From Octopus vulgaris (taxonomy: Eukaryota): a stretch of 64,000 bases of DNA. Shown one piece after another: positions 22,801 to 38,080 of this stretch; the first letter of the stretch is position 1, and each line of letters opens with the position of its first letter. The translations under genes and the position numbers were made by a program. The notes under the pieces are model-generated. The model made no database searches, had not been told where the DNA came from, and was given only the letters and a program-made list of their open reading frames with translations. The DNA lies in assembly GCA_951406725.2 (NCBI GenBank), contig OX597825.1:51522001-51586000 (forward strand), written 5' to 3'.

Positions 22801-23739
22801 TTTAAAGTATTTTGCCACTGTCATGTACACTAAATATTTTCTCTTATAGTTATTTTATTCAACTGAAATTTTAAAGATTATTTCGCGCCAAATTGCCCCT
22901 TTTCGACCTTTGCATTGAAATATTCCATGTCAATGACAAGATAATGGAAGAGGTGGACAACAAAATTTCAGCAATATGTATAAAAGTAAGCCAAAAAACA
23001 ACGAAATGTATGGTATTTGAAAACGCGGTTAACGCTAGACAGTAAACATATGCCAATGCATAAACGCTGAAATTTCTTCAGATTTCAAGTAGTGAGAATG
23101 AATTTCGCTTGGTTAAAATATTGCTCCATGCACAATTGGAGAAGGCCCATCGTACTATCTCGATTAACACTGTCCTACCTTATTTCTTATACACAACTAA
23201 GTGGTTGGTTGCTACTCAGGAAGGTTAACTGGCTGGAAATAACAGAGTGTTATGGAAAGAATGTGCCAAGAATATGATTGTTAGAACGTACCCAAAACGA
23301 TGTAATTTGAGAATATACTGGTGTGAAGAATATAACAGTGGAGTGTATATCACAACCGGCGTACGGGATATGTCGCAAAACACAGAGAACGGGTGAATGT
23401 TTGAAATAATCAAGAGATCAAATGAGACCAGTCGAAAGATTACCATGGGAGAATGACATACATAAAAAAATTCGGGTTCTAGTGGAAGAATAAAAGTGCA
23501 TTTTGACTAGCGATATATAAAAACATCCCACCCTCTGGTCGACTATACGTATGTATACAAGGGTTGGAAAACATTAAGGAGTGTTGTTACAGGCAAGTTT
23601 TATTATTTAACGCATAGTTACTTTAAGTTTCGCAAAATCACAGTTTTAATACATCGAGGAATTGGTTCGTACAAGTTATGAACGGTTGTTAGGGGAACGC
23701 TGGGCCATTTTTTAAGTAAAACATGTTTTAGATCTTTCA

Positions 23740-24530
23740 GTAATAATGGCGGAGTGAAAAAATGCAACATAGATGCTCGTTTTCACTGAGATCCATTGAT
23801 TATGGTATGTGGAAACCAATCCAAGTGTTTTACTCGAATTTTGTACTCTTCGTGCCAGTTTCGAAAACTTTAGCCTTTTGAACCGGTGCATTATCACTCA
23901 GGAAGATTACGCTGAGGTCATCTAAAAACGTTTGTGTCATAATATGGAAGTGATCAGACAAAATACTCAGATAATTCTTAGTGGTATTTCTACGATGTTG
24001 AACAATTGAAGGACCTTGAGAATTTCATGATATGGTTACTTAAATCAACGCAGAGTCAATTCCATGCTTTACTGTAGTGGCCAAACAGTCATGATTGAAG
24101 GCTGAGTTCTCTCTTGATATAAACACGTAGCAATGCGGGGAGAGAAGGTAAATGATGAATTATCAAAGATGATATTGTTCCAGTGAAATTTCGACTACTT
24201 CCGATAGTCTACACACCATTTCCCCAGCTATCTAATGTTGACAGAAGATAAAGTTCAGAAATTGCTGGCCTTCCATGATATTTGGCTTTATGGAGCTCAT
24301 AAAGAATGGTGTTGGTTGACACAACCTTGGAAGACTGTTATTAGCGTTGCTATCACTCGCCTCTCTGTGGTTTCTTTCAGTGAGCATTGTCTTCTGTTCA
24401 GAATTCATTTTATCTTGGTTATGGAGTGTCAATACAATTTTGAGGGTGTGCCTCTTCAAAATTAAACAATTAAGGGGTTTTAATGACTGAAGCTCCAGCC
24501 ATACACGTTCTAACAATTTTTCTTCCATGG
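23740..24530 (-). mobile_element. Tc1-like transposase fossil
   Basis: Manual minus translation: VSTNTILYELHKAKYHGRPAI..WNNIIF..CLATTVKHG..YLSILSDHFH..IFLSDNAPVQKAKV..WHEE..VKHLDWFP. Confidence 0.8.
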
Positions 24531-26346
24531 AAATCTGATAGATCGAGTATTGTAGCTTATTTAAATATAAGTGTATAGGGAAAAAGGGGAAACATCATGA
24601 AGTACAAGGTATACATAATGCTTATGAATATATATAATGACTAGAACATTTTTGAATTTGTCACATTGCCAATAGACAGATTTAGTTTAACGTAAAATAT
24701 TGTTTCCATTATTTTGCTCAACCCTTGTCAAAATGTATTCGTGTGCGTGTGTGTGTAGTGGGAATTTTATATTCGTAGCACCAGCACAATCACCTATAAA
24801 GAATACAAAACTCAAAGTAATGCTCCAGAAACGTTTCAGATTCCAATAAATTTAATAAAATCCATCATTTCGTATTGAGGTCACCCGCTTTTAGCTGCAT
24901 TTGTTTGTTTGGGTGGTGAATATCTTTTAGATATTTTACATATCCTTGGAACAAGTGTTATATTTTATTCATAATCGCTAGTATATTTTCAGCTGCCTTC
25001 AAGTAGGACATATTGTCGTCATGCTGGAGCACTATAAAACTTATTGTGTATTGTTGAACTTAATGTATATATTGTGTTCACATTCATTAAAATGTTTTCT
25101 GACGGAACTGTAACGCAACAGTTGAAGTAAAAGTGAGGACTTTCTCCATGTATCATTGCCTTGTTTATGATTTCTAAATTATAGAAAATCTGAATATGTT
25201 TCCATCTTAAACTTATGCTGCTTCTACTGCGCCTATTGACTTGCAATTGAATTTGAATATTTTCACTTCTGATGTACGTTGATGTAGAAACTCGTCAAGA
25301 AGACGTTTTGCAGAATAAAATCATATCAAGATCAAACTTAGTGCCGTAAACTGAGTGCGTCTTTCGGCATTTTATTCTCATACCGGTGAATATATCAAAT
25401 GCGATGTGTTGTTTTCCCATGGTGTGCAGTTTCCTGTACGTGAAAATAATTATGATGTGGAATGATAAATGTGTGAAATAATTCGTCTCAGGTGATTAGT
25501 TGTTTTCTAAACGTTTTTCCATGTTGTCTCAGTTTACCTAGTTGTCAGAAATAGTATCAGCTCACCTAATCTGGTGACCAAGCGGGAGATTAATATTTCC
25601 TTCATTTCTCTCCATGAGCTACACACTGACACTGAAACAACTCTGGGGACTTGAAAGACATTTTCATATACATACGTCAATATGTACACTAGACCAGACG
25701 TAATTTAATTATGTTGACTAGAAGAAAAAAGTACAGTGACATCGAAAGGATACGAACAAGATAGCCTTCAGTTGATAATATAACTTTGTATCGATTAAAA
25801 TAGTTTCAAATAAACAGAGAACATAAAATGAAGACATACACCGTCTTATCGTTATAGTTTAATGTCGGAATCGTAAAAGACGCACAGTATAATGTGGGTA
25901 TGTTCTAATAAAAAAAACATTAATTTACTTATCAAATATTTATGTATTGCACCTTGGTCAAGCTAGAAGCAGATCACGTCTGGGGTAAAATATAAATTTG
26001 AATAAACAAAAAACAACCAACAAAAACTCCTTATTAATACACAATATTATATGACAATACCAATAGCGCTATGAATAGAAGAAAACTTTTCTGATAGACA
26101 TTTTAATGGTTTTTAGTCAATTTTAGCGACTGTAACAGATGAAGTTGTTATAGGCTGTACTATCATTATCCCAGATGATTACTTAAACCATTATTTCCAC
26201 CCGAGTCAACATTTTCTTTCGATACGCCAACATTACCCACTTAGTCAAAACACAGCCATTTTTGTCAATCACGTCTTTGTTCTTGTATTTGTTTGTTTCT
26301 TGTGTTTTTACGGGTGTCCATCTTTGTTGCTGTTGTTGTTGGTTCT

Positions 26347-26358
26347 ATTATTATGATG

Positions 26359-26415
<57 letters not shown>

Positions 26416-26450
26416 GTTATTATTATTATTATCATTATTATTATTATTAT
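26347..26450. repeat. (TAT)n microsatellite
   Basis: Directly visible. Confidence 0.97.
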
Positions 26451-29400
26451 AACTGTTGTTGTTATAGTTATTGCATTAACCTATATCATTAAAATGTTTT
26501 ATTTTACTTTACTCTATACAAACAGTCTTTTTTTTCTCATATATATATATATATGTATATATATATATTTACATTACTGAATCTGAATAGGTTTTAACGT
26601 TGCTTTTCTACGAGATTTGCATCAATGTTCTCTTTAACTATTTCAGATTCTCTGAAATTATATTTTCTTATATTTTGCGTGACAGTCACTGGTTGAATGA
26701 TTTTATTCTCTTCAGCAAATGTAATGAACAGAAGCCATACGGTTGTTGTTTTATTTTATTATTATATGATTCTGTGGGTAAGAACTATATTAGAAACTCT
26801 ATAGAAATTATTTGAAGAGTGATTCTAGAAAAATAAGTGAAGTTTCTCTACAATATATTATTTTCCGTTTCAGTTGTTGATTTGTGGTTATTTAGTGAGA
26901 GAAACAAACTTGATGAAACAGATGAAGCGGAGGTGTAACCATACAACGTTTTGATTTGCCTTTCAACAATAAAGCAGTTGAATAACTATTATCTTCCTAT
27001 ATTTATGTGTAGCCATCCAGTTCACTCCTCTTTTTCTCTGCATATTGTATGTCCATTCTCCCCTGTCTCTCTTTCTCTATATGTGTATGTATGTATGTGC
27101 GCATCAGCATCTATCCATTGACATATGTATGTGTTTGTGTGTGTATGAAAGAATGTGTATAGCTTTTTCTATGAAATGAAGTTTGAAGTTTAAAAAATAT
27201 ATAAATAAACGAGCAATTAGTGACATAAAACGCACACACAAACAGATACAGTATTATATTTAGACACAGTTTATACCATTTTAAAATAGCCTATGACCAA
27301 ACATGTCTATAGAATCACGGAAGTGCTTTCAGTTGGAACATAAAAGATCATCTCTACAATTAGAAACAGCAAAGTTTGGTTTATCATCGTGATGTATTTC
27401 TATATTTCTTTTTATTTGTTTTTCTCTGAAAGATGAGTTCCAGTAGACATTACGTGATGCTGTCAAAGGTTAGCAAATACTCTTGACATCAAATTTACCA
27501 TATGCCATACGTTTCTCAGTTTTTCGGACATCAGACAGTTGTGTTTATAGGGTTTCAAATTATTTATCGAGATTAGATAAGGACAAAATCTATATATCCT
27601 GTAATTGTCAGTGCATTGCAAATCTAAGCAATACCATTAACTTTTCATGGCCCAATATTATTGGTAGATAATAGGTGTCATGAGTATGCACAAAGTACTA
27701 CTAGAACAAAGTAGAGCAGAACATTTCATTGAAAGCTAATGACGTTTTTGTAAATAATTCTGATATTGTTGTATTTGTTTTCATGCTTATAATGGAACAA
27801 ATTCAAGTAAAGATATATTATATAAAATGCATGCTTTTGTCTCCATATGTAAAAAAATGGAGCACGTTTTGAGTAACACGGAATGATTTTGCTATTGTTT
27901 ACCTGAACTTCCGTTTTTCTCGGTGGTAAGTTCTTTGTTTAGTCGACGTAATGCAACAAATTGTTAAAAGTTTAAAGTATACTTAACCCGACTGCTAGTC
28001 CTTTACAGTACTGATACATAGAAGAAAACGTTACTTTTTCAATGGGATTTAAGCTAATCCGCTAACAAATATGTAATCCTGTTTCAATTCAAAATATCAA
28101 TACGTGAAGTTTGGCGAGTCTATTTTTATTAGTTCCTTGTATAATATCCACATTACCGATACTTTTGACAAATATTGCAAAATAAATTTTGCATGAAAAT
28201 CCCTTTCAAGCCTACAGACTGAGCTCTACGGTTAATGACCTACTTTACCAATTTTAGAGAGCTGTGTTTTGTAGTGAGGAATTGTTTGTGGTTTTATGGT
28301 AACTATTTTCGTGTGGCGGGCTGAGAAACTGGTGATCTACAGTATTCTGGTCATGAATACGACACTCCACCGTTGATACGAACCACTGCACACACACAGA
28401 GTTGTTAGCGAGATAATTTATGACCAGTATCTTCTAACTACCCTTAACTGAATAGGTTTTTCATAAGTAGTGAATTACACATTTTTGTTAAAAATCATTT
28501 CCTCACATGACCCATTACATAATTAAAGCATGTGTAGACATATATCATGTGGCAAACCATTCAAAGGCAGTATCCGTCCATTGTATAGGGCTGCTACTGT
28601 TTCTACCACCATCTAAATCGATCTACAGCTAGCTAGACTAATACACTAAGTGTTGTATTTGAAGATGCCACCTAAATGGACATAAATCGCATCATACATC
28701 TTTACACGACGAACATTTACATAGGATAATACTTCAAGATATGATCTAAAAATATAACAGAGCTGCTATAGATGGAAAGCCTTTGTTAATACACCTGCAC
28801 AGCCAAATTTGATCTGCTTCCAAATGACAACAGCAATCATTGATTAGGTGATGCAAAGACGGAATATCTAAACGCAGCGGTCAAATTGTATCAAAATCGC
28901 ACTCCACCATCTTGAAAAGGATACATCTTTTCTAAATTGTATTAAATATAGTCACAAAAGGGAATGTCATATCGAATTCGTCTCTGTAGATCCTTATTAG
29001 TGGAAACATTTTGAAATTCTGTGGAGGACATTCTATCATTATTTTTCAGTCTTTGGTATATTGAGGGTATATGTTCTTCAGGAGAGACTCTCGGTGTCGG
29101 TGAGGTCAAGTATTACTCGTAACCTCGAACATTCTTTACCAATGCCATTCATGTGCATGAAGCATAAGTTAATGTGCCCTTGCTACTCTCACAGCGGTTT
29201 TACCTTTAGGATTTTCGAGACAGAAGAGAAAATGTATTTTTCCACTAGAAGTAAAGCAATCACGTGTTTAATTATAGCAGGAAATTGCAGTCGAATATAT
29301 ATTTGCTCAATAATTGTACTGTAATTATAAATAGAACGACACTCATTGCAAATTGTTTCTGATGATCTTAATTATGGAATTAATGTAGGTTTTGTATTGG

Positions 29401-29900
29401 TTTGTTTGATTGAAAACGGACGACGCTTCAATGTAGAATGTTAGAGAAAAAAGAACACCAAAGTTAAGAGTGTTGTTCAGTGACACCTTAGTCAGTGCAC
29501 CAAATGTTGATAGAATGTGAGTATAGGACATTCCTCCATCTAAACTTGATCACATGCCAGAATTGATACCATGATTCAAGACTAATGGCGTTTACGGAGC
29601 GCATTTATTACGGTACCCTATTTAATACTTTCGATCTTGTTTCGAACACATTTACAGGTAGGTCTACTCAGTCAGGGGTGATTGAGGACAAAATAACAAT
29701 AGAAGTCTTTGTTGCGGTACTATATTCATATAGATATCATATACATATGTGCATAATGTATGTGTGCGTGAGCGGATGCTCTTCATATAATCCTTCAACA
29801 TAATCGGTTGTTTGTAGTGACATAGACAATGCCAGCTGTTCTTACCATAAATTTCTGCAAGGCTAACAAAATTATCTATTTGTGCAAATACATCATATAC

Positions 29901-29948
<48 letters not shown>

Positions 29949-32074
29949 CGGTATGTATTCATGCATGCATGTATGTACGTATATGTTTAATTTTTTATAT
30001 CATAACCGCATATAAAACGGAACTAAAGATAAAAGACCATTTCGCTTCGTTGGTAGAATGTCATTATCCAAAAGAACGTTAATCGTTAATATATTTTGGT
30101 TAGTAAGGTAATGCTGGAGTCTGAATTACTACAATGCTCTATCCAGTTGGCAAATATTGCAAATATAATCATACTTAAGAATCCACTTCTGAAACAAATG
30201 TTGAATATGGCAAATGGCTGTCACAACATAAAATCCACGAATTGTTAAAAAAGAAATAGTACAATTATTCGGCAGATCTTTTTTTCTGTTTTTTTTTTTT
30301 TGCTGCAATTTACTGTTGTAATTAAGCACCAGATTGCTTTACATCTAATGACCAAAGACGTATTCTCTTCTTCATAATGGGCAATTAATTTTAAGCAATT
30401 GATAGTTATGACATCACTGTAAACAATAAATTCTCTTTCAAATGTTCGATGCAATTAATATATATTGACGTATCTATTTCTGTTTGATCTTTTCACTTTA
30501 TCTTCCATCTGAGTGAGTATAAAACGAAAAGAAAAACATTATTTCAGTAATATAACATAACAAATTAAACTAGTAAACTAGCCATCCTTCTCGACCAGAC
30601 AGCTTTACTTGATTGCACTATAAATTGTTTATGGAAAATATAAGTTTCCAGTAATCATTCGCTACTCTCAAGCATCGTCTCATCGTTTTATTTTTTCCAT
30701 CCTTGGACACTTAAAATATTCGAATATTCTATAGCATGTTTATATTGATAATTTTTGTTGTCAAGAAGCACAGAAATCGGTGGTTCTTATGTGCTGTTAG
30801 CAATGCTTCTTTTTTTGCTTATGGTCAAAACAATTACCTCTTAACCGGTCTTTTCATGGTCGTCAACGCACCCAATGAGATAATATGTGGCTTTCAGACC
30901 TACTAGAAATAGCTGTAGATCTCCAACTCAAATTGCAAAGTTCTATGAAATGTAAAGAAATAATAAATATTGCAGCCTGAAATAAACATTACAATAGACA
31001 CGATGATTATAACTTGACTATACTAGATTACAGACATGCCCAGCAAGGATGGATTTAGGCTTAAATAATACAAAGAATATTAAGGCAATGTACGCTGAAA
31101 TAGTGCACCACGAAAAGTAAAGACACAACAGGGAATGCGACTGGTGATTCAATGAGGGATAATAGTTGTTTCCTTCTCTGCAAGCAGTAAAGTTAACTTA
31201 TTGCAATAGATAAGAACTGACTAGTTCTATAGGGAAGCTGTCTCACTCGTTTCATTCGATAGGAAGTAGAAGTACTCCTTTCTTCACTGGGTGAGGAAGG
31301 AATTAATGTCGATTACTTAAAATACCTCAGTATGGAGACGGTTTTAGTTGATTGAAGTTTTAGGTGGTCTTCATTGCTTTACAGATTATTTATCGACTCC
31401 CGGAAACAGTGAAGCAACAAGTATACCTCAATCATGTTCATTAAATATCAGAATAGAATGGGCTTAATATAAAATATTGCTGAATAATTACTGTAGAATT
31501 ATGATTGTTTAAATGCTTTAATCTCAAACTATCAGGCAATTAGCCGAAAATAGGAAACTGGAATAGAACCTGTTTTATGTATTTTATTTAGAGAAAACTT
31601 CAACACCATCTTCTTACTCTTTTTTTTAAATGTAACTGCCAGTATTTAGTTCTGAATAAGGTAACTAAAAATAATAACAGAACGTGTGTATAGCTATGTA
31701 ATATAGAGCCACACTGTATATACGAGTTTCGTTCCTGCATCGCTTTAAATTCGGTAAATAAGACCTGACGTCAGTGAAACCACTAATGTATAAATATTCC
31801 TTAATATCCATTAACTAGAAACATATATATTGCCGGTTTCTGTTATCTTTTCTATGTCTGAGTATCCAGTTTGGAATATACATGATATATCTTTGAAATC
31901 AAGGGAACGCTACACAATATATCTCAGTAATTTATCAAAGATTCTGTGTTCGAAGAATGGTAAAGTTATTTACGATTAAATCTGTGGAATCTGAAATAAA
32001 CAGGATGAGACATTTCGGATATACATCTTTAGGTTCTGTATCTATATATAAGAACATTTGGATACATTTGATTT

Positions 32075-32733
32075 AACACACACACACACACACATACACA
32101 CATATGTATGTTTGAATGTATGTATATATGTGTGCATATATATATATATATGTATATATATATACACACACATATATATATATATATATATGATGTATGT
32201 GCGCATGTATATGTGTACATATACGTGTGCATACACATATATATGCACAAGTATACATGCATCATATATATATATATGTGTGTGTGTGTGTAATCACCAT
32301 TAAGTATAAATGATTGTGATTATGTTTCTACATACGCACGTATGCATGTGCGTGCGTGTGCGCGTGTGTGTGCGTGTGCGCGTGTGTGCGTGCGCAGGCT
32401 ACTGGTCGAATATAAAAACTCAAGTACATTTAGATTTTACAAACAACCACATAAGATACCCATTACAATTGTCATGTTTCATGATGACTGGAATGAAAAT
32501 CAAACGTGAATAATTCTTTCACATTTCCACAAACAAAATAAAGAACAGATATTACCTACACATACATACTACTGAACACATTGCTCAGCACACCTTCAAT
32601 AGAGCTTATTTGTAAGTTCATGTTTCGTTTATGCGCGTGTTAAATTTATCTGAAATTTGTATATACATTCATACACGTGTGTCTACGTCTGTGTGTTTCT
32701 ATCTATCTACCTGTCTATCTATCTATCTCTCTC

Positions 32734-32805
<72 letters not shown>

Positions 32806-32809
32806 CCTT

Positions 32810-32885
<76 letters not shown>

Positions 32886-32906
32886 ACTATCTATCTAACT
32901 ATCTAT

Positions 32907-32939
<33 letters not shown>

Positions 32940-33153
32940 CATCTGTACATGTATGCATGCATCCATCCATCCCTGCACCCATCCATCCATCTATCCATCT
33001 CCCCCTCGCTCTCTTTCTAAATATGTGTATATATATATATATATATAAAATATCTATATAATATATGCATATATATACATATATATATATATATATTTAC
33101 ATGTATATATGTATATAAACATATACATAAATATGTATATATGTATTTATGTA

Positions 33154-33206
<53 letters not shown>

Positions 33207-33260
33207 AATTATGCATGCATGTATGTATACATGTTCAAGCATATGCATATATATGTGTGT
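32075..33260. repeat. Compound microsatellite region: (CA)/(TA)/(GT) plus a long (TATC)n at about 32698-32940
   Basis: Directly visible. It is the source of the YLSI/IYIY ORFs. Confidence 0.95.
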
Positions 33261-34519
33261 ACGTGTACAAATACCCATATATACGCACGCATATTTGTAT
33301 ATATTATTTGCATTATGTATTGTTGGAAATGCCGGTACGTCAATATCTCTCAACATGTTTTAAAATGTGTGTGTGCGAACGTGTTTGTGCGTTCGTTGCG
33401 TATTTTAATGTCATTCAGCGTTGTCATGTGCGCATGCGAGTGTATTGGTGTAGACTGTTCGTGTGAGAACGGCAGATGATCACTTTGTGTAACTGATCTA
33501 TAAAATTGTATCCACAAGCCGTTTGTGAAAATGCAAAATCATTAGAGGTAGTTATTTACATGTATCTACACGAAAATTAACATGAAAATCTATATGAAAT
33601 CTATCGATGCTCAAAGAAAATATTCAAAATATTCTCCCTATGCAACTTTACAATTTCCCATATCATATCAGAAATGTAATCAAGATAGAATGAAAAAGCT
33701 CTTTCTATTTGATATTCGAAAAACGTGACATGGCCATTAAGAAGTGTATCATCAAGATGAAGAGCAAGAAGAACAACAATATTAAGAACGATAACTACGA
33801 CAGTTTAGCACACCAAGCAACGTTATATCGAAGGTGGTTTTGTGTGAGTGAATGTTTGAGAAGGTTTAGTGCAACTGAGCGTATTTCCGCAGAAATCTAA
33901 TGCTGTAAATCTTTCGTTTATCTGCATAAATTGTTGAATTTCAATGACTTCATTCGAATCTCCTTAACAGTTCTTGATTTTATTTACTGAGTAAATAAAA
34001 ATAGAAAAAGCAAACCAGGTCATTATTGAAAGTATATATACTCAAAGAACATTAATATATTATTAGGTTTGTGTAAAATATTGCAATCTAGTTTTAAAAT
34101 AATCGATCTTGGTGACTGAAAGAGGTCAAATTTGCTTCTTTATATCTTGGGCTATTTTCAAAGGGTTGCTTCCCCTTTTCTTCCCTCACAAGAAGAGTCA
34201 TTAACACTAATAACTCTTTTCACTTGAGCAAAATGTTTTTTTTATCACGCCAAATTAAGTGTGCTACTGAAATTATCTCTGTTTTTTCTTTTACCTGCGA
34301 CATTGTTCAGTGGGAGAAACTTTAGTCAAAACATGCCATTTTAAACTTCACTTATCCGTCTCACACTTTCTCTATTATGTCGATAATTCATAATTTTCTT
34401 TTTTTCTTAATAGTTGTAAAACAACATAAATTTCCTGCCATTTTTAATTCGATTTAACATTCTTTTCTAATTTGAATAACCTGTATTCTCGAATATTCCA
34501 CTTATTCAATATTTATTCT

Positions 34520-34733
34520 CTACGTAGCAGTGAAATTGCGGAATCGTTAGTACGCCGGGCAGAATGCTTAGCGGCACTTTCCTTACCTTCTGAATTCAAA
34601 TTCCGCCGAGGTAGGCTTTACGTTTCATCCTTTCTGGATCGATACAACAAATGCCTGTTGAAAACTGGAGTCGATGTAATCGACATAGACCCTCCACCGA
34701 AGTTACAGTCCTTGTACCAAAATTAGAAACCAA
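34520..34733 (+). mobile_element. tRNA-derived Meta-like SINE
   Basis: gcggaatcgttagtacgccgggcagaatgcttagcggc..ttctgaattcaaattccgccgagg..tttcatcctttc..gtcgatgtaatcgac..ccttgtaccaaaattagaaacc. Confidence 0.8.
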
Positions 34734-35739
34734 TATTTATTCCCTATTTAACAGTAGTATCGCCTTCATTCATTCCAGCAAAATTTGAATAAAACAAAAG
34801 GATTAATGAAACATATTTTAAAACTTCAAATTTAAGCAACTCATTCCTTGAATAATTCACTGACGAGGAGATATTAATCCGAAATATGCAACAATCATAC
34901 GCAGGGGAAGTAAATAGTAGAATGGAAATCTTAGTCATTTAATAAATCAAATGTGGAAGTGGACATAGGTGACCAACACAAACTTCACCTCCTTACCACA
35001 CACACACAAACACACAATAAAGACACAATGATAGTACTACAACCATGAAACTACCTAATCCTAAAAACGACGGCAGACAGATAGAGCAGAAATAAAGGGA
35101 GAGTGTAAAACACGATAGTTGAGTTATCCCAAGATTGCTTATGGCATCAAGATATGATTTCACCGAACTAATAACGTTACAGTTTCGGTCATACCCGAGC
35201 GATATAATAACGCTACAGTTTATAAATATCTGTTTTAATATATAATGACAAACAGTGATGATAGAAATACAAGTACATCGCAGTTTTTGTATAATTCAGT
35301 CACCGAAAACAGGATACAGCCATGATAGAACTGGCATTATATTTGAATGAATATATTTAAGTCGTTGTGGGAAGAAAAGTTGTTGGGATAATTTTGCAGA
35401 GACAGACTGTTCGGAAACGACGTTCACGATGCGCCTTACAATTTAGTGGGAGGTTATATTGAGTAGGCGACACGGGTAGACCTGGTGAAGAACGTATGTA
35501 ATAAACTAGTTGAAATGATGAGATATGTTGCATTATCGGATAAAATATGCAGTAAGAGTACACAGCAAAAGCGAGAATAGGAGGAGCAAACACACAACAA
35601 AACAGAAGTGGAAAAGGGAGGACGCAGCAAGCCCGTGATGATTATCTGTATTTTGAGTAGGAAAAGGTTTATTATCAGTCAAATACCCATAAATTAGATG
35701 GGACGTGGGATGTCTTTGTGAGCATATACGTTAATAGCA

Positions 35740-36990
35740 TATTGTACATGTGAGGAGCAACAGAATGCAGGGTGGTGTACGCTATCTGTATGGCTGCAGT
35801 AACGAACTTTAAATGTAAGCAGTAAAACTGTAGATTGGCACACACTCTCTGTATGAGTGCAGCGACAGGAACGAACTATAAATGTGAACAGCAAGTCTGT
35901 AGTGCAATGTAGTGTGTCTATATCGGCCTAATTTCAATAATGAGCCATAAATATGAGCCACTGAACTGCAGTGTTGCACACAGTGATTATATGAGTATAA
36001 CTTCTGTATGGACTCTAAGTGTAAGCTGCAGATGTGGGTGTGGTGCATAATGTTTGTATGGGTCGAGCTGCAGTACAGAGCAACAAATGTGAACATCAAG
36101 ACTGCAGTGTCAGTATGGCTCTAGATGCAGTAACGAACCATTAACACGAACAGCAAAACTGCAGTATGGTATATAATGTCTGTAAGAGTGTAGCTTCAAG
36201 CATAGATATAAGCAGTAGATATTAATTGGAGATATTAATTGGAACATCAAGAGTTCAGTGTGGTGCACAATATCTGTATGGCTCTAGCTAGAGTAACGAA
36301 CCATGAACATCAACAGTAGAGCTGCAGTGTTGTGTACAATGTTTGTAAGGGTGTAGCTTCGGTAACGAGCTATAAATGTGAGCGCAAGACTACAGAGTGG
36401 TGTACATTGTCTCTATTTACGCTATTATATTATACATGTAAGGAGCAGTGGTATGATATATTGTACACTGTCTGTCTATGAGTGTAGCATCAACATTATT
36501 TTCTACAATGAAACAGCAGTACTACTGTCTGGTGTAGCATATGACTTTAGCAGCAGTACCAAATTATGAAGGTAAAGAGTAGTACAATGTACTTTAGCTT
36601 ACCATACATGTGCAGCAAAAGCAGCATCAGGCTGCAACCCTTGCATAGGAGCAATATTCCCATCTGATGTATAGAATATGTAGTAGAAGTAGTAACAGTA
36701 GTTGCACCGGCGAACGCATGTGAGCTGTGGTACTCCATTGCAACTTGCTGTTTAAGTACCTTCGTGTGCAGTGAGCAGTGATTTTATCCGTGTGCATGTA
36801 ACAACACTGTCCTTCACATATGAGCAATGCTCTTTTATGGTGCAGCAGTATCACTGTGCAATCCTTGTTTGTCTATGTGGCTAGCAGTAACACAAATGTA
36901 CACATGTGAACCGCTCTCCAATGTTATGGAGTATATCCGTGTGTGCAGCACTGCACATGTAAGTAGAACTCCAGTACAATGTAAGGTAAA
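35740..36990. repeat. Diverged minisatellite, ~69-bp period, decaying to the right
   Basis: Recurrent ctgcagtgtggtg.acaatgtctgtatg.gtg.agctgcagtaacga.c.ataaatgtgaacagcaaga. Anchors at about 35811, 35880, 35949, 36017 and 36085. Confidence 0.85.
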
Positions 36991-37399
36991 TGGGTTTGTT
37001 AACAATTGCTTGTATTATATTTGTGATACTAGATTTTTGAGAAATAGAATGCTATGAGTTAGGGTATAACAGATATATCGGTGTTATGAGGAATGTGCTA
37101 TGTCTCCAAATATTTACATAGATTCGTGTTGAGACAGAGAAATGCAATAAAGTGTAAAGAGAAGATAGGAATGAATTTCAGGAAGTTTCGAAAAAAGAGA
37201 GATGGAAATGATAACAGTAGAAATGATGGTAGTGTAGTGGATGGCTGTGGAGGTGTTAAAGACGGTGTGGTAGTGTTGAGAATGCTGTGGGACATAATGG
37301 TGGTGATGATGATAGTGGTGGAACTAAAGATTGTGGTCTTGAAGATGGCGGTGACGATGGCTGCTTAGTAGTCCAGACGATGAAGACAGGAAACAGAGT

Positions 37400-38070
37400 C
37401 ATAAAACTTTCGATGTCTTCAAGTCGTTCTGTCGGTTCATAGAAGTTAATCATTTATGTGTATGACACTTTTGGATTGCTTCCAAATCAATAGTGAGATT
37501 GTCACTATGAGACGGCCATAGCTGGGAGCAATTCTCCAGACTATTAATACCAAGCGTTTTGCACAAAGTAGTCATCCTGAATGATCCTATGATCCATTTT
37601 GTGAATCGTTTCTTTATTTTTATTATTTTTGCCAATACTAATATACACACGGAATTATGCTCTATTACCATTAACAATCCCTAAATACCGCACGTATTTT
37701 TGTTTCTACTGTGATAGATTATTTTCCATTTTCCTACATTGAACCGCATAATGTTTTAATCAACCTACAATTATTTAACACGAAGGTCTTCGTTAATGAT
37801 TTTATCATTGGGAGTTAAGATTCCTATATTGATATCATTACAGTTAAGGAATAATAGTTCTGTGCTAACAATCGAGAACAGATCCAGGAACACTATTACT
37901 ATATCGAGGTAAATCCCTCTATTACTAGTAGACAATTACTCTGAAAGTTCAACATTGACGCCAAGAACAGTTTTCTGTAGCTTTGTTGCAGTTTGATAAG
38001 TGATATATGTTCTCATTTCTAAAGTTAACTTCGCTCCAATAGCAGCAGGTTATTGGTTCCTAATATTTAC
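37400..38070 (-). mobile_element. CR1-clade LINE RT remnant
   Basis: Minus: GIYLD..VPGSVL..LLFL..MRFNVGK..MTTLCKTLGINSLENCSQLWPSH..LEAIQK, following the CR1 pattern LEYCSQLWSP..LEAIQR. Confidence 0.7.
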
Positions 38071-38080
38071 AGAATATATA

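Noticed and set aside
29585-29665. Possible host exon (MAFTERIYYG... ending at CAG/GTAGGT)
   Set aside because: A donor-like site alone, with no recognisable protein similarity or partner exon.
32029-33479. Many overlapping ORFs (IYIY, YLSI, CVCV); likewise at 7.6, 19.7, 26.3, 48-49.5, 55.2, 59.4 and 63 kb
   Set aside because: These are translations of di-, tri- and tetranucleotide microsatellites that lack stop codons.
35165-35220. Half hammerhead (minus gguaugacc-GAAA-cugua); similar scraps near 7870 and 11255
   Set aside because: No CUGANGA strand or stem I partner in place, so at best decayed remnants.
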